This document shows, piece after piece, positions 1 to 14,400 of a stretch of DNA of 64,000 nucleotides (position 1 is the first letter of the stretch; every line of letters starts with the position of its first letter). The notes beneath the pieces were generated by a model, which did not search any database, was not told the origin of the DNA, and worked only from the letters and a program-made list of their open reading frames with translations. The stretch spans positions 20,869,101 to 20,933,100 of the forward strand of contig NC_134025.1 in NCBI RefSeq assembly GCF_964204645.1, in the 5' to 3' direction. The stretch comes from Tubulanus polymorphus. Its lineage: Eukaryota > Animalia > Nemertea. A program made the translations under genes and the position numbers.

Positions 1-1991
1 ACGTTGAAAAAATGACTCTACTGCATAATGAAAGTGATAGAAGAAGCATGCGCCTCATGTGCTAAGTGGCACGGTACCCTTTCACAGAGAGTTCATGTTA
101 TATTCATGACTCCTTTCAGTGAAATATGATAAAATGGTTGTCTTGTTAGTACTAAAAGATGCTTGAGGCCAAATCGCACTGTAGTTTTGCCGAACACGAG
201 TGGACATTAGATCAAAGAAAATGATTCTATGAAATGTGTCGTACGTAGGTGGCTGCTTATTATTTAGTTATGCAGTACTAGCTTCATTGAAGAAATTGCA
301 AAAACTTTAAAATTGCCCTGAACAAAGGCTTGTAATCATAGACTTCCGGAAATTGTATGTAAATTTCATATTTCTTCCAGATTGAGGTGTTTCCTGTACT
401 AGATAATGTACTTTACGGTAAGTCGATTTAACGAAATGCCTCCGATACTGGAAACAAATTGCCATCATCCCTAGCATAGATTGCGAATTTTCTTGCAATT
501 TTCCATCGTGTACTCATTGGTGGCGCAATATTCCTCGTTGGAGTAACGCTCGTTGTTGTCCTCGCAGACTGCATCTGATATAGAAACGTCTGCTTCATTA
601 AACCCAACGCACACGTCGCAGGGAAACACGGTTTAGGAAACCTTTCCGAGATATGTTTCCGTTTTTTCCTCTCATCAAGACAAACCCTGACCGCAGAACC
701 TTCATTTGTCTATTACGCTGCCCAACATTTGGGCGGACAAATTCAAGATTTTTTATCGTTTCTATGTATTGGTTTACATTACAATATATGGATTACTTTA
801 CACGACAAACATTAAAAAGCGGAAATTTAAGTAAGAAACCATTAATGTACAAATATATGTGTATAATGCCGAGTGAAGTACAACGATGTAATTAGGGATA
901 TATTACAATTATGCATAAGGCAGGGCAGGTTGCCGCCCAGCGGCTACCAGTTTATGTATCAAGGCAATCAGATACATTATTTTTCACCGGCCCATTTTGC
1001 TGATACCCAATTAAATAACATACACAAGTACACATAAACTAAGGAAATGACTGCGAGTTTATTGTGATATAAGATATATAGATATAGAACTACAAATGTA
1101 ATTCATATCCAATAGCTTCTCCTTTAAGGGTCGAATGTATTTGTGAGCGTTTAAATTCCTAACGTCTTAATTCATTGCCACCTATTTCCCTATAACTGCG
1201 TAGAAATGACTTAATTCGACAAGGCAACGCCCTTCAGGTTAGCTGATATAGCCCGGGGCCGTGAGTTAGTTTCTTCCGCGTGTGGATATGATTGTGAATA
1301 CCACCGGAATGACATCCGTAGTCCCCGTCGTCAAAGTGATAACTGTAAACCTTCATCCTATTCTAGATATCTAATCTGTTCATCTCTTAAACATACATAT
1401 TCATCTTTTTCTTTTGAAACAATTAGCAACATGATGTATGAATAAAGTAAATTCAATATCGCTTATATAGTTTGATGCAGTCATCTGTGGTGACCAGTTT
1501 TGAAGATCAGTTATTCACTTACGTACAGATTGGTCAACAAAACCCCCTAAAATTGGAAACATTTCTATCCGCACAAATACTATTCTATTTTCCAGTCGCC
1601 TTGACCGATTTATTGGGAGAGTGTTTCGACGGTTTTAAGATCCTTTGATAGCGTATACATGGCGGCGAAAATGTGCGTACCACGAGCGTATACGTGCACA
1701 GCCATATATCCTCTCGCATGGTGGCTACAAAGACGGCGATTATTGAGATAAGATCAAATTGATTTATTAGGAATTCTAGACGGTTGATGATAGTAATAAC
1801 AACGGTGCTCATGTTCTTAGCGGCATTGAATCAATTTCAGCTTTATGATCATTGCGTTGCCCGTCGTGTGGTCGCTAAATCCTAAACGACACTTATGGAT
1901 CATTATCCCGGCAAAGGGCATTTCCTCGGCTCCAGTTGAAACGGGCCGACTGCCAAATGTCGCCGGCTAAATCCCGCGCTCTTTCGTTGTA

Positions 1992-2206
1992 CAGTGGAAC
2001 CGCGTTATTACGAACTCGGATATGTACAACGATTCATAGGGTATAACAATATAGTATTCCGCCTCAAGTAAGACAATTTGATTAATTTCATACTGGATAT
2101 GACGAACATATTTTCTGGTCGAGGAGGAGAGAATCCCACAATGATAATAGAAAGTCCGAAAATGATTTTCTGGTCCCGTGATGTTCGCTATAACTAGGTT
2201 CCGCTG
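1992..2206. mobile_element. Tc1/mariner-type MITE
   Basis: Imperfect ~24-bp TIR CAGTGGAACCGCGTTATTACGAAC / GTTCGCTATAACTAGGTTCCGCTG with TA on both sides. Confidence 0.7.
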
Positions 2207-2760
2207 TATTACCTATCAAGGTCAGGGATATCGATGGTGACTTAGTTCTTCGCCATTATTGAAAATTGCCCGTAATTGCGGTAATAACACCGCCGCCGTT
2301 CGGCCAAAGTAAATCTATGGCTATACATCAACCTCTTTTCGGTGCACAGATAATATACTCTGGAGCATTCAAGCAACCGAATAAAAATTCAAGATACAAA
2401 AGGAGCTTGCTGATTATAGGTTACAACTGATTTCACCTTTCCAGCTCGGTAATATCAGTCATATCTACACTGGGATCCGAACTGAAGTGACTGATAGTTA
2501 CCAACAACTAGGATTCCGCTTCGGTGTATTTTCTTGTAGAACTGTTCTGATCCGTGCGGCCTCATTATATGACTTGCTGATCGTAGATGACTGTCACAAT
2601 CGTCAGTCGTTCCACAGGGACTCATGACTTTCCTGCGGGTCGATTGCTGAAATCAACAGGTTATATAAAACTGCTTGAATTCGCTCAATTCGGATCTTTT
2701 GGGACCGTAAAAATTTGTCCGATGTCCGTGATATCCGAGTTGGGTGTTATGTATTTCTTA

Positions 2761-3667
2761 GGCCTTTTTTAAATTGCTTGCAGCACGGATCCGGCGCTGT
2801 CGTTTCCGTCAATTTGGGAAAAAAGAAACATTTTTTTTTTTAAATTTTTCCCTTCACCCGTGCTGAAAATCCGTGAACTTTTAAAGAAATAAAAAATATT
2901 TTTATTTTTTCCCGGCCGCCGTTCTGCAATGACCGCTAAATTAGAGAAAAAAATAAAATTTTATGTTTTTCCGTCCTCCTGACGTGTCTTTTTTCAACGT
3001 TCCCGATGTTTGTCATCGAGGTTTCTTTCGGTAAACAGTAGGATTTCGGCAAGCGAAAATGGCGGCGGCAGCTTTCCAACTCATTTGTCGGAAAGGAAGC
3101 AAAGAGCTTGACATGCGACTGTCAAGGCTGTCACTTGGTCTCAGGGTGTCTGATGTGGCATCTATGGTAGATACAGATGGCGGAAAGGTGGTGAGAGTGG
3201 AGGGAGGCGCCACAGCAGAGTCCAAGACGATGAAAGATGGAAAGAGGCAGAGGCATTATACAAGACTGTGCGTCCAATTTGCATTACGTGCCTTGATGCT
3301 GGACTGTGCGTGGTTGGGAGGGGCAAAAAATAAGATTGTGTTCTGTTCCGAAATAAAGAAATATGTGATTTAACAATTTTATATTTTTTCTTTTATACCT
3401 CCAGGATATCCCATAATAGCAGGCAATAAATGGGAAATTTTTTATTTTTTGTTTGTTTTTCTTCCCTTCACCCTTCCAGATTATGCGATGAAACTACTGT
3501 TTGAAAGGAAAAAAATAAAATTATTTTTTTTATTTCTTTTCCCTTCACCCTTCCACTTTTTACAAGGTCATTTGGAAAAATTTTTTTTTTTATTTTTCAT
3601 TTTTTTCCCTCCACCCTTCCATTTTTTGGGTAATAAAATCCGTGCTGCAAGCAATTTAAAAAAGGCC
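2761..3667. mobile_element. Non-autonomous PIF/Harbinger-like element
   Basis: Perfect 30-bp TIR GGCCTTTTTTAAATTGCTTGCAGCACGGAT; TTA target-site duplication; subterminal CCCTTCACCC repeats. Confidence 0.85.
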
Positions 3668-4381
3668 TTAGTGCCAAAAAAGTATCTACAAAACCATCCG
3701 AGTTGAACGGTTATCCGAGTTGATCAGATCTGACTTGGGCGGAGTCTAACTCTATAGTTGAAAACAATCATTATTATAGTTGCACACGAAATAGACGGGT
3801 ACATGAAATCAAAAATCCTTCTAAAAACAGGGTTTCGTTTAACCCGAATACCTTATGGACAAAACTGTCGGACGTGAAGAAGCAAATTGTCGATTACTGT
3901 GTGATATTATTCGCGTAAAAATGTGATCTGTAGATGGGTTTCTTTTCTGCGCCACATTGTGAATAGAATGGGTATTACTTCAATTCAAATTAACCAATAA
4001 CTGTTATCCAAGTTAAAATACAAAATTTCATATATTTCCATACTTCATTGCTTTACCACTACTAGACCTACACTCTTTTATCAATCTATATGTTGAGGCT
4101 ATATTATACCTACTGATTGTCAATATTAGTGCAGCAATGGGTTTCATATACCATTGCCATTTCACGGCGGATATAACATTCTATGCTGCTATTTCGCGGC
4201 GGATAGTTTCGCGTTGTTACAGGTAATGACCGATACACGGTTCGAACTCGAGAGTACCTTTCAATTAGTTCAGCAGCTGAGAACTCTTTAACAAATCTAA
4301 CTGGATACGCGCCATCATTACAGATATATTTACAAAGCCACAGTTTAAATAATGTAATTTGAAAACAGTTTATTGACTGTA

Positions 4382-4810
4382 AAGCCTTTTTTAGTTGTGG
4401 AGTATGGGTTTTTCGAGAAAGAAGTGGTAGGGCGAAGGGAAAAAATTTAAAAAATTTTCATAATAGGCGTTTTAAAATGGAAGAGAACAGGAAAATATTA
4501 AAAACCAAAGTTGTTTATTATTTGAGTATTTTTTACATAGAACATCGGAAGGACTGCAGAAAAAACTTGATGAATTTTATTCAAATGGTAGGAAAAATGA
4601 AAAAAAAAAACATTTTTGCAAATCTTAAATTAGAAAAATGATGGACATGACAAGTTATTAGATTGAAAATCAAGACGGACATAGCAAAACTTGTTCCTTA
4701 AATTGAAAAATTGTGATGAAATACGATTTAGAACTAAAAATGTGTTTTAATTTGATGATTTTTGCAGAATTCTGGGAGGCGTATCCGTACTCCAAGTAAT
4801 TAAAAAGGCA
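4382..4810. mobile_element. Degenerate Harbinger-like MITE (family A, copy 1)
   Basis: Colinear with 13540-14030 (GGGCGAAGGGA, TCGGAAGGACTGCAGAAAAA, ACAAGTTAyTAGATTGAAAATCAAGAyGGACATA). Confidence 0.65.
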
Positions 4811-5064
4811 TAAAGCATAAAATGAAAAGTTTGTTATAATAAACTTGTCTGAGATTTTATGGAAAAACTACTCGGGATATTTATGTAAAAACATAAAAAA
4901 ACATTTATTTACATTCATACATAGATATGTACATGTACATCAGTTTGAAATGATTGTTTCTCTTAAGGAAAATTCATAAATCCGGAGGAGCTTTTTTCAT
5001 TCAAAAGTCAGTTACCTCGAACCTAATCTTTTCATACCGGTAATTTCTCGATCAATCATTGACG

Positions 5065-5456
5065 TCATAACTGGTCAACTGTCTCGTCATCTGACTGGCA
5101 GCTAAGTATTAATTGGTACGCTTTATTCTTATCGTGCGGGTCTATTCGCGTCGTAACTTGCTGCTGATTTTCGAACGTCACCGATTCCGCGCCTTTAATT
5201 GGTTTCCGGCGGCCATTTTGTTGCGTGAAAGTGCCGTTCTTAGAGTTCCTCGATCGGCGCGTCTCCCCGTTCATGCGTCCCGCCGGCTGGTCTTGGTCCA
5301 TTTTCTGCAGTTTTACCGCCAGGCTCTGCTCTTCGGACGGGGAATTGGCCATCCGTCGACGCCGCCGACATATCACTACGGCCACGACGATGACGATCAC
5401 CGATAGGACGAAAAATACCGATATGATGATTCCCAATTGCAAACCGATTCCATGAC
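5065..5456 (-). CDS. NETO-like terminal exon (TM helix, basic stop-transfer, cytoplasmic tail)
   Basis: ttttgcag acceptor completes TGT (Cys of DEENC); LGIIISVFFVLSVIVIVVAVVIC-RRRRR; TGA at 5065-5067. Confidence 0.9.
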
Positions 5457-8400
5457 CTGCAAAAGATTTATCACATCAAGAAGTGGCAAAGCTCTGAAAG
5501 CGAAGAACGTAGTAGGAGCAGTATTTTTGGGCCATATCATTCTAAAGCGAAGTTCATAAAAGTGTAAGTTTAAATGTATACAAGCGAAGTACACATTATG
5601 ATATTCTTGTTCTGTACAAATATCCTTTATTAAAGGAGCAAATAAAAATGTACATTTAAGCTCGGAAGAGCATCGCGGAAGTACGGAAGGGCATCGGGGC
5701 CATATGATTTTAAGTCGAAATTGTTTACTTAGTAAGCCAAATTTCAACTTGGATAGAAATGGTAGCAATGACCATGATGCGATCTTTTGGGGGATTTTCC
5801 TGTTGTGGACGGAATGGAAAAAGTCTGGAGGGCAAATTAATGGATCATTTTTAAACGAGCGATGATTTATCGTTCATATCTTCTCTTATTATGTGGGGAA
5901 ACGTGCAATGTTTATTTTATTGCCCGAAGCGTAAATTCATTTCGTAACGCGCTTCTGCGACGCCAGAATCGAAATTCATATCAATTTTCCAATTCCACGC
6001 AATTGCCTCGTATCGATATAGTTTCTCTGGCGAAAAGGCGAGATTTGCTGTCAAGTCGTGTATACGGATGCTTTTATAAAAGCGTACGTATAGATGAATA
6101 GGATGGGGTTGTTTTGCCGGCGGCGAAGCATCGGTATTATACACAGTTGTTGTAACGGAGAAGCGATAATTGACACACCTTACTGCTGTAAACAATATAT
6201 TGTACGGCATATGCGCGTTCTCCAGACAAAAATGGAAACTCGTTAGCATTTTGATCTGACATCGATTGCCTTCTCCCTAGACATAAACGCTACGCTTTTG
6301 AATTCAATGGTTTGTTTTCGCTGGTGGTATGGTGGCAATATGTATATTAAAGGTTTTGCCACTGAAGAAACGGAGCGCTGGAAACCTTAAAATGTATATC
6401 TCGATTAGAATCGTGATTCTACCCAGCACTTACAGTTTTCCTCATCGCTTTTGTCGTAGAAGCCGCAGTTCGGTATCTTGTTACACTCAAACTCTTTGGC
6501 GATGCAGTATCGTTTCAAGTCGTTGCACAACATTCCGGCCGAGTCCATGCACGTCACACCGCCGGCGCACCAGAAACCGTCTTCACACGCGCCTTCTGTA
6601 GCTACTACACGTGGAGCAAGGAAATAAATCAAACAACGTTATAAATTTACAAAAGACTTAGGCTTATAAAGGCTTTTGTCACTATGAAACCCACTAAGAA
6701 CTATGAAAGCTGATATCAGATAAAATAGAGCAGTTTTTCTCGTGTTTTTCTTTCGTAATCAATTCACAAAGGAAACGATTTGAGAGAATGTGTTTTGGAA
6801 AGTGTCCAATCTTAAGGTATGAAAATTTAGTGGCGTTAGATAATAATAGATATGATAGGACGGTAGCTAATTTTTTTTCTAAGAAATACTTGGAATCCGC
6901 CCGTCGACCGGTCGGACTTACAACATCTTAGGTCGGACTTGCAATCGATTGAAATGATAAAAAATTCGGATAAGTGCGATCATGCGCGCACGCATGCACG
7001 TATACCTTTGCTTGGAATCTGCACTGCTGTCCAGACGAGTCTAAATCCCTTGTTTCCACGGGCATTCGAAGCACCAGCCCTGTACCTGAATTAATGAAAA
7101 ATTGCCGTGTGAAGATGAACCGTGCGACCCATCGGTAATAGAATGACGGCGTGATTTTAGAAAAGTTCGCGTGCTAAGATGCGACTGGTAAATAATGTAT
7201 CGATAGAACAAGCTGTTAAAGAAGAAGCGGGTGACGGTACGAAATGTAGTGCGGAGGTTGGAACTGGAGAATTCGCAGTGTTTTTAGGGTGGTCGAATCA
7301 CAGCCGTAGCCAAATAAAATAATTTAGCACAGCCAAAAAATTGGACCAGGCCCACACTATAATCGTACAACGCCTCTCGTTTTGAAGCCAAAATTGAAGA
7401 TCTCTTGGCCTGTGTAGATTGCCTTGTTAAAGTTACTAGGTTTATACCAGCAATCAGCATGTCAAGATAGACATCTTAGTCTCGCCCGAATTCAGGTAAA
7501 CGCAAAGTAAAGAATTCGTTTGTGTAATGAATTTCTTATGGCGATAATTGCCGCTTCACAAGCCTTTGACTGTTTTAAACTTTAGAGTTATCAATCTTCG
7601 TATCACTATGTGCCGCAAAATAATATTGTTTGTATCATAAGAGATTGTTTGTATCATTAAATTATTGGTGTTCAAATATTCTGGCGCGAGTCCAGTATAC
7701 GGCATTATACATGTAGTGCGTGCGTAGAGTGTAGCGCTATTCGGTCAGTGTTTACAGCAAGTGACAGTTGACAGTCGACAGCTAGGGTAAACGATGAGAA
7801 GAGGTGGCAACCTATCTCACATAACTGTAATATTGCAGTTTTGTCATTTGCCTTAACAGCCATTTCTGTTCATAGTTTTCAATGTTTCTCATAAATCCAG
7901 TGCGTATATACGTAATCGGATGATTGGATAATATTGATTCGAAACACCAGAAAGCCACGCATGTTTAACCTTTGGAATATGTTCACCAGGGCATTTTCCC
8001 TCAGTGCGATGCTTATATTAGATAAGCTTCCGTGTACATTTCCCTATAAAAACAAAATATCACGAACCAATTTTTTTCAGTACAGATAGCCGATTCGAGT
8101 ATGAATTCCGACGTAATCTCAAAAAGCACCGGGAATAATTGATTTCGTGGCAGAAGAAAAGACGATTAGGTAGGTGCCTCCCTGATATATGCAATCACAC
8201 GGAACCTAAGTGCTGTGTGGGTTGTTTACTGTCAACCATCCTGTTGAGTCATCACCTAACTGGTGTGTAGGAGTAGGATGTCTGCTGTCAACTGTCCTGT
8301 AAGCTATCATCCAGGGCCCGGTTTTATAGACTGGTATTATCTTTAACCAGGGGTTAAAGGGTGTCGCTTGTCATCAGCTGTAAACTAACGTCACTTATAT

Positions 8401-11400
8401 CGAGGATCCATTTTGTCCATTAATAGATTTCTAAATTCGCCAATTCGCAACAACTTACTCTTGCACTATAACGCCGTATATCGGACTTGCGTCTATTTAC
8501 CTTTATTTCACGGTTGATATAATAAACCATTTTACAGTTGCTAGCCGCCATTTTGTTAGGGTACTTTTGTCCTGTATTGTTGGGTCATTTTTTTCTCTTT
8601 TTTTAATAACTATCCGTGATGCGTGTTATATCATATTTCATCTGTCCCTGGGTGGATTTTGACAGTTTCAGCAACATTCAAACCGTGTGAATCTCTAGTT
8701 TTCAGTTATGTAAAAGTCATTTCTAATATTTGCAACAATGCGACATGGGAGCGATATATAAATCGGTGGTCAGTTTTTGCCGTGCGCATAAAAATCCAGG
8801 GTACTGAACTTTGAAGTTCGTTATTTTCAGAAATAAGTTTCCAAAAAATCCAAACATTTCAAGAACTGTGCGCATAAACGTCCCCTTTCAGGTGAACTTT
8901 AAAATTTTCAGATATCTTGCCAAGTTTTTATCCTATGGCTCTTTAACTGCAGCGCGTGTATTGTCATTCCGAGATTCGGCGCCATTTTCTTTGCGTGTAT
9001 TTCAGTATATGAGTGTTATTTTTTCACTTTCACTACACTTGTCTCCACGGAAAATGGTTTTAATTGTTGGTATGTGTATCAGGTGTTAATATTACGTTAT
9101 TTATACAATATAATAGATCGAAGACATTAGAGAGGTTGGGGTTTGAAGGATTTTTCTGACCAGTTTCAGCAACAGAGACTGAGCGGTATTTTGATCACGC
9201 GCCCATTCGAAGTTGCGCGCGGGAAGAGAATAGGCATATATTGAGATGGTAGAAGTAAAGAAATATAACACTCAAAATCGAGTATGATGACCATTTAAAT
9301 CAGTAGTCCATTAATCAATTTACACTATCTACTGAAATTAGATGGATGGAGAAGTGGTCAAAAAGCTGTACATATGGGGTGGGGGAAATATTCAGCTACT
9401 TTCTATGAATACTTTCTATTAAGTACACAAAAGATCGATTAGATCGGGAAGAAAATATAAGAAAACGTTTTCTTGTTTTGGTGGTGATATATCAAGTTTC
9501 AAGTCTGAATGTCAGACACAGTTGATAAAAAGTAAAAAGTGACATCTACCATCACAAAAACGCAAGTAGTGTGTGGATTGCATTTACAACAAATGAGTGA
9601 TAATTTGGGTTTTCTTGGGTGCATGTACGTAAGCCTCTGCCTGCCGTAAAAGCGGTTACCATTACAGCCATTACGAACTAGCGCCGGAGAACGGAATACA
9701 GTATTAATGCCGTAATATTTAAAAAATGATACACATACCAACAATTAAAACCATTTTCCGTGGAGACAAGTGTAGTGAAAGTGAAAAAATAACACTCATA
9801 TACTGAAATACACGCAAAGAAAACAGCGCCGAATCTCGGAATGACAATACACGCGCTGCAGTTAAAGAGCCATAGGATAAAAACTTGGCAAGATATCTGA
9901 AAATTTTAAAGTTCACCTGAAAGGGGACGTTTATGCGCACAGTTCTTGAAATGTTTGGATTTTTTGGAAACTTATTTCTGAAAATAACGAACTTCAAAGT
10001 TCAGTACCCTGGATTTTTATGCGCACGGCAAAAACTGACCACCGATTTATATATCGCTCCCATGTCGCATTGTTGCAAATATTAGAAATGATTTTTACAT
10101 AACTGAAAACTAGAGATTCACACGGTTTGAATGTTGCTGAAACTGTCAAAATCCACCCAGAGACAGATGAAATATGATATAACACGCATCACGGATAGTT
10201 ATTAAAAAAGAGAAAAAAATGACCCAACAATACAGGACAAAAGTACCCTAACAAAATGGCGGCTAGCAACTGTAAAATGGTTTATTGTACATGTACATTA
10301 TCTTCAGCTTATCGCATAATATCTAATAATAAAATCGGGACAAATTGACCGTGGCCTAATTGCATTGCGATAGCGGCTTACCTTACGACGACACGAAATC
10401 CCGTCGACAAAAAATCTTTAACTCTTTGTTCGTATAGAGACAGTTGGCCGCAAACTCGTTCTTCCGGTCGATCTGTTACGGTGGCGAAACCGTTATATAT
10501 CGAAACAGCAGTACCTTCACATTTCACTGCAAGAAAATTCAATATCATATTTTTGAGTATTTCATTTATACGTTGTTATATTTGAGATTTTCATCTTTTG
10601 AAGGCTCAGTCAAATCACGGGGTCGCGAGAGGTGTGCGGACGAGAAAATATTTCGACTTATAAAGGTCCAGAAAACGTCCCTCTTGAGCCTCGAATTTAG
10701 AAAATTAAGACAATTTCAAGGATTCAGAAATAATGATGATTTCTATTTCATCATAATTAGATCGAATACAAAATTACAAATGGAGTACATAACAGAATTA
10801 GTGGATTGATGGTCGGGTCATAAATGCTCATACATGAATGCCCATTTGCTTTCAGCGCGCAAGTAAGCTTTTGCTACCGTATATTAAATTACCTGTTGGT
10901 CCAAGGTCTAATTCATGGAACGTCAGCAATATCCGCTTATGTCTTTCGACCTTAATCATCCACGTGCATTCTAGATCAGGTATAAACGGCTTAGGGTAAC
11001 CGGGAGATGTAAGTACGCCACCCGGGCCTGTCATATAATCGGCACCACATAATTCACTGGACGGAGGAAATGGTTGCCACCCTGAAAAAGATATATTTTC
11101 AATGCTAATTTACGATACCGTTTGAAACGAAGCGAGTATTAAATGGTCGTATTCGAATCGACAAAAATAAAACTCCCTCGTGCGTGTTTCAACATAAATG
11201 ACTTAAGGCGCGTTTTTGAAACAAGTAACGAAACGACCACGATTGATTTGACAGATAATAACCAACCGAAATCCGTTTGAAAGCTCGAGCTAATATAGCG
11301 AAACATGACAATTTTTACATTTCATCGCATAGATTCACACGCAATTAACGATCATGAAATTATAATTACGTACATCGAGTCACAACATTGCGGGGTTTAC

Positions 11401-14400
11401 TCAAAACGGAAAGGGGATAAGACGAGCGGAACCGGCTCGCGAGTGGAATTCGATCGGACTATGTAACATTGGTTCGGTTTGTCGGGGGAGTTAACACCTA
11501 TATAATGAATCTATTTGATACGGCGCAATGGAAGCCTATTTTCCAATGTCATCGCTAACGATTGTATGTTTTCTAATTGTGCTACCAGTATAAAGATGGC
11601 TGCCTCTTACCCCACCCATGCCATCATGAACTTGCCTAATGATTACATTTGGTAATCGCGTTACCGCCGTAAAGATGAAGCTGTTAGGTAATTGAACAAA
11701 TAATGGCAATTTGTGGAATTTCTATGGAAGGTATTGTACACAGGGATTCGTATCACAGTTACAGATACTGTAAAAACGATAATCTGTTAATCCAGTGTCT
11801 AATGTATGCCTATCTATTCAATATAACACGAGACACTGAATCAACAGTTATCGTGTTTACAATCTTTTACAACTATACGTTACGAGCCCCCGTTGTTTTG
11901 AAGATACGAATATGATACGTAATATAGCGATTTATTTTGAGAGACCGAATTCCTCAGTCACACAAACACAGTTCCACAAGCCTTTTTTGTTGCATTTGTT
12001 AAAGGTTGCGCGTAGTTATTAAAAGGCAAAGCGTTTATCGGGGTTTACCTTGTGACGTATTATCGAAAGATTCTGAAACACAATGGTTAGTATACAAATA
12101 ACATCGAACTGAACTTGTTAATACGCTAATGCAGTAACGAACATGTCATTCGTAAAGGTTTCCACTGAATTGATATAGCAGTTGATTCAGTCCGTACTAA
12201 AAACACAAATTCTGTACGGCTAGAGGAACCATAAAAAATTTCACATTGGCCGTTTCTTTATTGTTTTCTCGCTTGAAAACAAAAAATGGACTAACGTAAA
12301 GAATTTTTCATCTAGTATCTAGCCGTTCAGAAAAATTTTTCAAACCGAAATGCTTTGTTTTCTCGCGCGGGAAAACCGAAATATTTTTAGTATGGACCGA
12401 ATCAGTCACCATAGAATTGATATATCATTGTTATGATATCTTTGTTTTACTATATTTGAGATTTTCGATTAGTCTCGTATGCGCCAACCGCCTCAATACC
12501 GCTGCGATATCATGACCCTAGAGCGCGAATGCCGAAAGTCTAATCAAGAGAAACCGATGCGTGGATTTGGAAATTTCCATTTCAGCTTCAGACAATTCGT
12601 GGACAAATTCGATTTATTAATAATCAATGCACCGTGCGATGGTCGTCTATACGAATCTAAAGCCGTTATGTCACCATCACCCCAGAGAGATTGCGGCGTC
12701 GAGCGAATCGCTCCTTTGAAACTAATGTTCATTTGTGAAAGACAGATAATAGCTCGAGTCGGTATTATTAAAGCCATTGCGAGCGAGATAAACCTACTTT
12801 CTGAGAGGAACTCGTATTTCGCTTTGAATCCTCGGTGTCCGCGGACATAATCCGACTTGAAAATCACTTCTAATTTCGGATACTTTGATATGATAGGTTG
12901 TGGAATGATGTCGCCGCACAAACGACCCAGCTTATAGGGTTGGCCGTCGTGGTCTACGGCTAGGATGTCGACATAATCAAACAAACATCTGGAAAAGTAC
13001 ATGATAAAAAAATGATCAACAAAATTTTAATCGCCAGAAGTAGAACTCAAAGAAATCAAGCACGATTCGTGTGATAGAAAAAATACAATCATGATCTAAA
13101 TTAGAAAATCTATATGGAATATTACTAAATATGTTATTATATGAAATCGAAAGCTATCGAATAAGAAAACGAAAAAAGACGATGAATTACCCCGCTTCAC
13201 TCCTAACTTCTAACTCAAAGGCAACAAAATCGAGACGGATTCGTTCGTCTAATGTCCCGGATATGATGTATTTACAGTAGGTGCGGTCGGGGTAGTTGTT
13301 TGGAAAGTTCGGAGTTGTGAATGTACCTCCGGGTACGGTGTGACTCGAAAAATGGTACTCGCATTTTGCTAAAAGTAAAGAACACGCATGTATCACATTT
13401 TTGAACTATATCAACGCGTTTTTTTACACGAATACTTGATTTCGAACAACAAACATTTAAACATTTAACGGAGACAGACTGCGAGTAGAATGATAACCAC
13501 AATCGGATGTGGTGCATTAATAACGTGTATGAACCCCATAAGGCCTTGTCTAATAACTCGAAGTACGTATTTGTTTCAAGAAAAAAATGGAGGGCGAAGG
13601 GAAAATTGAAATAGAGAAAACATTTATAATATGGCTTTTGGAAATGGAAGTGAACAGGAAATTTATTTTTCATTTTTTGAGTATTTTCAACATTTAAATC
13701 TCGGAAGGACTGCAGAAAAAGATTTAATTGGAATGAATTTGGTTCAAATGATGGGAGAAATGGAAAAACATTTTTAATGCAAATCACGAGACTGATAATC
13801 AAGATGAACATGACTTTTACAAGTTACTAGATTGAAAATCAAGATGGACATAACAGAAAGAAATTTTTATGGAAATGTTCTAATGAAAACACGAAGGACT
13901 AGAAAAATTATTTTTTCTTTGTAATTCGATAGTACTTGTAGAGTTTAAGGAGGCGGATCTGCACTCCTATATTTGTTTTAGGAGTACGGATCTTTTCCCC
14001 ATCATTTTCTAGTAATTAAAGAAAAAGCCTAACAGATGAGTCGGGTTGCCTACAGTTCAACGAAAATTAAATTTTGTTCATTAAAAATGTTAAGCAGCTC
14101 TAATAATTGTCAGTAAGATTGTAATTTTCACTGGAAAGTTCCTATGCTTCTGATTAGATATTTGATTGTGTATGAACTTCAGTAACTACTCTTTAGAAAC
14201 TAATCGGATGAACGAAGACAAATATTGTTACTGACATGAAGATATGGTTTTAGAAACGAAGTAATCGCGCCGTCCGTTCAGCGACTGGAATGCCATTTCA
14301 ATTTTACAAATCCAATTTCGAAATACGTCGATGCACGACTCCACCTATTTGACAGACGCCAAATAATTGAATGACCCGAAATGCTTCGCTGGAATTAAAT

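Noticed and set aside
5917-6249. ORF that could be an extra NETO exon between LDLa and TM
   Set aside because: The direct 6434-to-5456 splice already restores DEENC, and I found no donor in a compatible phase
8623-10185. Duplicated 63- and 92-aa ORFs on opposite strands
   Set aside because: By-products of the inverted repeat; non-ATG starts and no protein-like features
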